A DNA stretch of 55,033 nt, counting the filler, from Gonapodya sp. JEL0774 (taxonomy: Eukaryota): assembly GCA_027604505.1 (NCBI GenBank). It is 2 parts of 2 records of this genome, joined end to end, with 100 filler letters (N's around TTAATTAATTAA, not from the genome) between each part and the next. Parts side by side here need not be neighbours in the genome. Positions count along the whole stretch, not along the records: positions 27,822 to 55,033 come from JADIIX010000215.1; 1 more part is not named here. One strand, given 5' to 3'. Positions 47,227-55,033 of the stretch are shown here, piece after piece; within the stretch, counting starts at the first letter, position 1, and each line of letters starts with the position of its first letter. Position numbers and translations under genes: made by a program. The notes under the pieces are model-generated. The model was given only the letters and a program-made list of their open reading frames with translations, had not been told where the DNA came from and searched no databases.

Positions 47227-49594
47227 ATGATCACAGATTCCGACAACCCTGCAAACCTCCACGTGTTTGTCCGCAAGTCCCGGCCCACGGATTTGGTGAT
47301 GGAGGCCCAGTTCGACGGGTCGACGTCTGACGAGGTGCGGTGGTCCCGTTGATGCACTCGCTCATTGACCGTGACTGAAGTTGGGCGAGATGCGCGCCGG
47401 GATTTTTGAACAGCTGTATCAGTGCTTCACGAACGACGCCATCGGTACCAAGCTTTGGGGGGATTACACGATCGAACTGACTCCGGGGGGGAAACTCGGC
47501 GGAGCTAAGGGGACGTGTTGGTATTTCGTCAAAACCTTGTTACTTGTCCTAATCAAGAGACAAAAAATCGAACGGCTGCTCTAGTTTCGGGACAGGTCAT
47601 TGCGTTCGAAGCTCCCAAGTACTTGTGTGAGTGGGCCGCCGTTAGAATTTCCACGTTGCACACCACCAAAATGAAAAGCCATGTTTCCAATCTACATCTC
47701 CACCTCAGCCTTCACGTTCTGCATGAACCCATCCGACACGAAAAACCCCCCGGTCTGTACCTTCATCTTCGACGAGTACCGTCGCGGATCACGAAGTGGG
47801 GCGTCGGTCACGCTGGTGAAATCGGGAATAACGGCGGAGAAGAAGGACGTCCTCGCCAAAGGATGGTCAGTAAAAGCCAAACAGCACCAGGTGGACACAG
47901 TACTGTTTAGTCCTCCCGACCCCTCTCCTACATACTGCTCTACCCCACCACCCACCTCACAGGGAAGACTGGTGGTTCATCCCGTTCGCCAAGTACCTCC
48001 AGACACCGCGAAAGCGCCCGAGTACGGAAGAGCCCACCACCAATGGGTTTAAAAAGGCTAAAACCGATCAGGACACGAACGCTAACGGTGTGTCCGAGGA
48101 GGTCCCCGAGCTCGCCAAGCAAGGCATCGGAAGACCATGTCACTGGGAAATCCCAGTCAAGGTGTGTTTGCATTCGTTACGTGTTTTTTGAGGGTTCGAG
48201 TATGTACTTTCACACATACACACACGATCATATCGGCGACCCGCAGAACATGTCACGCGCCTCCAAGTTCTACACTTCTGCTCTTGGCTGGCGTGTCACT
48301 TCGTGGATGGATAACTACGCTCTCTTCAATCCCAACGCTGAAGGAAAGAAAGAAGGTGAGCGGTCGCAGCCCGCAGAACTTGCCGTCCCCGCCTCCTCAA
48401 CTCCACCGGGAGCTGAATCTACGCTCACCGTCTGCATGTAGGGAAGCAGTTCCTTGAGGGTGGTCTGTTCCTCGTCAGTGCCGATACACACATCTCGCCG
48501 GGCATGGAAGTGTACCTCGCTGTCGAGAGCATCGACGTGGCGATAGGTAAGGTGGTCAAGGCCGGCGGAAAGCAACTTGGGAAGAAGGAACTCGTGGGTT
48601 GAGGATGGGCGTCATTCATAAATGCCAACGGTCGTGGTTGGTTAAAGCAATATGTACCACGTTCGTACATTGTTTAACAGGTGAAGGGCGACCCTGGGGG
48701 TGGAAAGCAACTTTTCTTCGAAGACACGGAAGGGAACGTGCATAGACTGTACGAAGTGAGTTGATTTGTACCGCGTGCGACCTGTGGAGCGCATCTCTAC
48801 GTTCAAAACTGGGCGAGATATCGATAATATCTGACCACGCTTTCGGTAACAGTTCTCCACACCAGAAATGTACAAAGACTTTACGAAACCCGACCCCAGG
48901 GACGGCGTGTTCGTGTGCAACATCCAGATCCCGGCCAAGGACAGCGATCGGTTCGAGAAGTTCTACAGCAAGCTGTTCGGGTGGTCGTTTGGGAAATTGA
49001 TGGACGGGGAGTACACGTGGTGGACATGGAAAGGGGTTTCGACAGGTGAGCCGGGTCATGGGGACGTGGGGAGCCTGTTTTCTGTCAGGGGGTGGTGGTC
49101 GGTCTGGTCGCTGACGGAACACACTGTTACGGTGTCCCTGCCAATCAACTTACCCCACCGCAGTGCCTGGTCTGCCCCCACTTCAGCCCGTCGGCGGCCT
49201 GATGAAGCCCAAGGACCCACCGAGACCCGCGCGGGGAAATGCCGGTGCTGGCCAGGGTCAGAACGTAGCGAGCCAGCGATTGTTCTTGTTGGTTGATGAT
49301 ATCGATGGGTGGGAGAAGAAGGTGAAGGAAGAAGGGGGGGAAGTGATCAAGCCCGTGTTTTTGATCGACGAGACTGGTGAGTGGACACGGTGGGGGTAAA
49401 GTGATGCGGTGATGATGTCGACAAGAGTTTCAGTGGTTGCTGCACGTGTACGTGTGGGTTCATTTTGTTTCCCTCTCTTCACATTCCATTTTTTGTGCAT
49501 TTCACCACCAGTGGGGTGGAACTCCCAATGCCGGGATCCCGAAGGCAACGAAATTTGGCTGTACAAGCCTGCACCCAAAAGAGAAGCGAAGTGA
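47227..49594 (+). CDS. SRPBCC-VOC-VOC fusion, copy 2
   Basis: Same 10-exon structure, with no frame disruption noticed. The first half of VOC2 is diverged (YKDFTKPDPRDGVFVCNIQIPAKDSDRFEKFY). Confidence 0.85.
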
Positions 49595-50149
49595 AGTATT
49601 CAGGGTGGGAATAGAGGGTTCAGCGGGGACGTGTACATAGTACGGGGGTGGTGATTGTGGCGACGGATTTTTCAGTTCGCAAATGAGTAATCGGTCATTA
49701 TTTTGTTTTTGTTTGCTTGTTTCTGTCAATTGTGAATACATCGTTCGTTCAAGAAGGTGTGCTGCTGCTGTGGTGAGTTCCATCATTGAAACGCAGTGGT
49801 GTGTGGGTGCAGACCCCTCTGACCCTTGTAAGAATAAGTTCGACATCACGTTGCAGACAGTACGAATCAGCTTCGCACTTGCTTTCAATTGCCGATTATC
49901 CAGTTATGCCCAAGTTGGGTGGTGGCGATGCTGCTAAAAGTCGGCCGGTGACTCTTCGCTTGCAAACAGTATTTATACAGACGGGCAAGCTTGCTTGAAG
50001 AATGAACATCCAACTTTCCCAGCTTTATTTGTTTTGCGCTTGTGGCTTGACTTCCCTCATCGCATCAACACGTGAATCTCCGGATTGCGAAGACGGCCCC
50101 AATATAAACGGCGCCTTTCCCCCGACCGGGCTATCCTCCTCCGTCCACA

Positions 50150-52965
50150 ATGATCACAGATTCCGACAACCCTGCAAACCTCCACGTGTTTGTCCGCAAG
50201 TCACGGCCTACGGATTTGGTGATGGAAGCCCAGTTCGACGGGGCGACGTCTGACGAGGTACGGTACTCACCTTTTTGTTGTCATCACTCTGCATTGCTCG
50301 CGACTGAAGTTGGGCGAGATGGGCGCGGGAATTTTCGTCACCAGCTATACCAGTGCTTCACGAACGACGCCATCGGTACCAAGCTTTGGGGGGATTACAC
50401 GATCGAACTGACTCCGGGGGGGAAACTCGGCGGAGCTAAGGGGACGTGTAGGTTATTTCGTCAAACCTTGTTACTTGTCCAAATCAAGAGACACAAAAAT
50501 CGAACGGGTTGCTCTAGTTTCGGGACAGGTCATTGCGTTCGAAGCTCCCAAGTACTTGTGTGAGTGAGCCGCCGTCAAAATGTCCACGTTGCACACCCAC
50601 CAAAATGAAAAACCATGTTTCCAATCTACATCTCCACCTCAGCCTTCACGTTCTCCATGAACCCATCCGACACGAAAACCCCGCCGGTCTGCACCTTCAT
50701 CTTCGACGAGTACCGTCGCGGCTCACGAAGTGGGGCGTCGGTCACGCTGGTGAAATCGGGAATAACGGCCGAGGAGAAGGACATGTTTGCCAAAGGATGG
50801 TCAGTGAAATGGCCAACACAGTGCCGTGGTGCACACACTCCCGGGTGATCAGCCCTGAGATGTAACGTGGTTGTGCCCCCTCACCACCGCCACCCACCCC
50901 ATAGGGAAGACTGGTGGTTCATCCCGTTTGCGAAGCACCTCCAGTCACCGCGGAAGCGGCCCAGCCCGGGCATCGATGAACCCGAGACCGCCGGGGCCGC
51001 CACCAACGGGGCCAAGAAAGCCAAAAGCGACCAGGACTTGACCAGGACGGGGGACGCGAGCGGAGAGTCCTCGTCCGAGGAGGTCCCCGAACTGGCCAAG
51101 CAAGGTATCGGTCGGCCGTGTCACTGGGAAATACCCGTCAAGGTGTGTGTGTGTGTGTGGTTGCGGTTGGGTTGGCACCCTTTAGTACTTTTCGCACTCA
51201 CACACACTTCTACGACACAAACACGCGTACGTTCGGGCAACCCCCTTTGGCGGCGNNNNNNNNNNNNNNNNNNNNNNNNNNNNNNNNNNCCCCCCCCCCC
51301 CCCCCCCCCGCAGGATATGTCCCGCGCCTCCAAGTTCTACACCTCCGCGCTCGGCTGGCGTGTCACGCCGTGGGCGGACGAGTACGCCCTGTTCAGCCCC
51401 AACGCCCAGGGGAAAAAAGAAGGTGAGGGATCCCGTCGCATTTCCACCCCTCCCGTCGCAGCCGTCCCTCAATCTAGATCTACACCTGCGCACGCCCCAC
51501 CCCCTCGTTTGCTTTGTTTGTAGGCAAGCAGTTCCTCGAAGGCGGTCTGTACCTCGTGGACCCCGACACGCAAGTGGTGTCGAATCTGGAGGCGTACCTT
51601 GCCGTGGCGAGCATCGACGAGGCTATCGGCAAAGTGGTCAAGGCGGGGGGGAAGAAGAGGGGGGAGAAGCAGTTGGTGGGTTAGGGGGGGGGGGGGGGGC
51701 GGTGGGTGTCTCGGCACGGGGGAAGGGGGGTGGGCAGGGGGGGGGGAGTGAAAGTCGGTGGGTTCGAGGGCGGGCAGAGGTGTGATCTGACATGGTACCT
51801 TTTTTTTTCCCCCCCCGTCGGAACAAAGGTGATAGGCGACCCGGGAGGTGGGAAGGAGCTGCTGTTCGAGGACACGGAGGGAAACGAGCATTACTTTTAC
51901 GAAGTGAGTTGCCACGATCCGATCCGTGGGGCGGGTGTCGTTGTGTAGGCACCACACCCGCTTGCTTGCGGCGCCCACGAGTCTGCACCCAGCTGAAACC
52001 CGATTTCGAACTCATGGTTTCTCCCTTTTCTATCTTTTCTTTCTATCTTTTCTTTCTTTTTTGTTCCTCTTTCTTTTCCTTTTCATTTCGCGGTTTCCGT
52101 CCAGTTCCGTGACCCCGACTTGTACACTTCGTGGTGCCAGCCGCACCCGCACGACGGTGTCTTTGTGTGCCACATGGAGATCCGGACGCGTGACGAAGAA
52201 CAGTTCGAGAGGTTTTACGGGAAACTGTTCGGGTGGTCGTTTGGGAAGTTGCCGGGGGACTTCACGTTTTGGGCCTGGAAGGGTGTCGCGAAAGGTGAGA
52301 TGAGGAAAGGGGGAAGGGGGAGGGGAAAGGGGGGAGGGGGGCACTGGGTGTGTGTGGGTGTGGGTGCGGAAGTAAGTTGCGGTCGTGCTGACCCAACACG
52401 TACCTGGACACCCCTTTTTTTGTTTCCTTGGTTCGTGCCCCTCCCCCGCTGGCCGACCCTCGCACAACCACACGACCACACCCGCAGCGCCTGGTCTTCC
52501 CCCCCTCGACATGGCCGGTGGTCTGAGCAAGCCCAAGTCTGCGGCTCCCCCCGCACACACTGTGCGACCCGCCGCGCAAGGCAAGAAGAACGGATCCGGA
52601 TCGGGCACGGGCACGGACAAGGTGGCAAGCCAGAGGCTGTTTTTGCAGGTGGAGGATATCGAGGGGTGGGAGAAGAAGGTGGTGGAGGAGGGCGGGGAGG
52701 TGGTCAAGGCGGCGACGTTGATCGCAGAGGGGGGTGAGTTGGTGGGGGGTTGGTGGCGAGAGGTTTCGGTGGTTCCTTGACGAGTGTGGTAATTTTTCCC
52801 TTTGTCCTTTCTTTCTTTTCCCCTTTCCGATTTCTATTTGTTGATTGTGATTGGGAATGTGTATACCGTGCACTACTACCAGTTGGGTGGAACTCGCAGT
52901 GTCGAGATTTTGAAGGGAACGAACTGTGGCTGTACAAGGCTGCACCGCGGGGAGAGGATAAATGA
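50150..52965 (+). CDS. SRPBCC-VOC-VOC fusion, copy 3 (short N gap inside intron 5)
   Basis: Same exon series. Longer linker SPRKRPSPGIDEPETAGAATNGAKKAKSD; VOC2 VCHMEIRTRDEEQFERFYGKLFGW; ends CRDFEGNELWLYKAAPRGEDK*. Confidence 0.83.
51256..51289. other. Assembly gap (Ns) next to a poly-C tract
   Basis: Run of Ns. Confidence 0.95.
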
Positions 52966-53625
52966 AGGAGAAGGTGGGAGAGGAGAGGGAGGGGAACAGA
53001 AGGGGAGGGAGAGGAGAGAGAGGTGGAAGGGCAGAGGGGAGGTGGATGTAGTTTGGGGTGGAGTTTGTAGAGCAGAAATCAGTAATTAGTTGGGGGTGAC
53101 GCGTTTTGGCATAATTTTTGAGAGAAAAGGAGAGGAATAGAATTGTGAAAGAAAGAGGGGGGTGGGATGTGTGGGATGAGGAGTGTGGGAGTGTGGGAGT
53201 GGGGGAGTGGGGGAGAAGGGGGAGTGGGGGAGAAGGGGGAGTGGGGGAGTGCGCAGAGGAAGAGGGATACAGACAAGAGAGAGAGGCCGCCAAGATGGGA
53301 AGGAACGAGGGATCAAGGGATGAAGGGATGAAGGCCACAGACGGGAGGGGGTGATCGACCACGGTTTGCTGGGAAGAGGGGGAGGGGACCGGATGTGGAC
53401 ACACACCACCCACACAGAGAGAGAGAGAGGACACACAGGACACACAAGGGAGCCGCAGCAAGTGGGAGACAGTCTCAGGCACAGATCATCCTCTCTGTCT
53501 CGAAAAACCCCCCGCTGAACAGCATCCGAGGTGGGGGCAGGGGCAGTGAAACAGACGGAGACAGACAGTCAGAGTGGAGACGGGAGAGGAGAGAGAGAGA
53601 TCAGTGACGAGGAGCGAGGGATCGA

Positions 53626-55033
<1,408 letters not shown>

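Larger units (their letters stand above)
43997..52965 (+). repeat. Tandem triplication, ATG-to-ATG periods 3109 and 2923 bp, including near-identical intergenic spacers
   Basis: Spacer 46624-47226 matches 49595-50149 (e.g. gaagtattcagggtgggaatagagggttcagcggggacgtgtacatagtacggggg). The upstream block catcgcatcaa...ggattgcgaagac precedes all three ATGs. Confidence 0.92.

Noticed and set aside
43997..52965. The 3-kb repeats as a mobile element or pure assembly artefact
   Set aside because: No transposase, LTR or TIR features, and the copies differ by many substitutions and indels while keeping reading frames. Exact copy number still needs long-read confirmation.

Overview
Intron-rich eukaryotic DNA, almost certainly fungal. 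The gene content (BTA1, RTA1-like, Fmp25-like, Skt5/Chs4-like, plant-type LRR receptor, ankyrin-TKL kinases) and short GT-AG introns suggest an early-diverging zoosporic lineage (chytrid/monoblepharid); this taxon call is inference. Most genes are split across short exons and had to be spliced by eye, so internal exon boundaries are approximate. In order: two decayed ankyrin(-kinase) paralogues, an LRR-stalk-TM-SH3 receptor, a head-to-head SDR pair, a Pro-rich single-pass membrane protein, an HP1/Swi6 chromo+chromoshadow gene, a stand-alone HDAC6-type ZnF-UBP gene, a large orphan, a bacterial-type RraA-family gene, betaine lipid synthase BTA1, a scaffold gap, an RTA1-like gene, an intact ankyrin-TKL kinase, a Sel1-repeat protein, an Fmp25-like RCC1 protein, a subtilisin and a low-complexity ORF at the right edge. 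The most striking feature is a tandem triplication (44.1-53.0 kb) of a 10-exon gene encoding SRPBCC/AHSA1 - bipartite-NLS-like linker - VOC - VOC. I hypothesise this is a nuclear small-molecule/genotoxin-sequestering protein. No rRNA, tRNA, CRISPR or recognisable transposon was seen.
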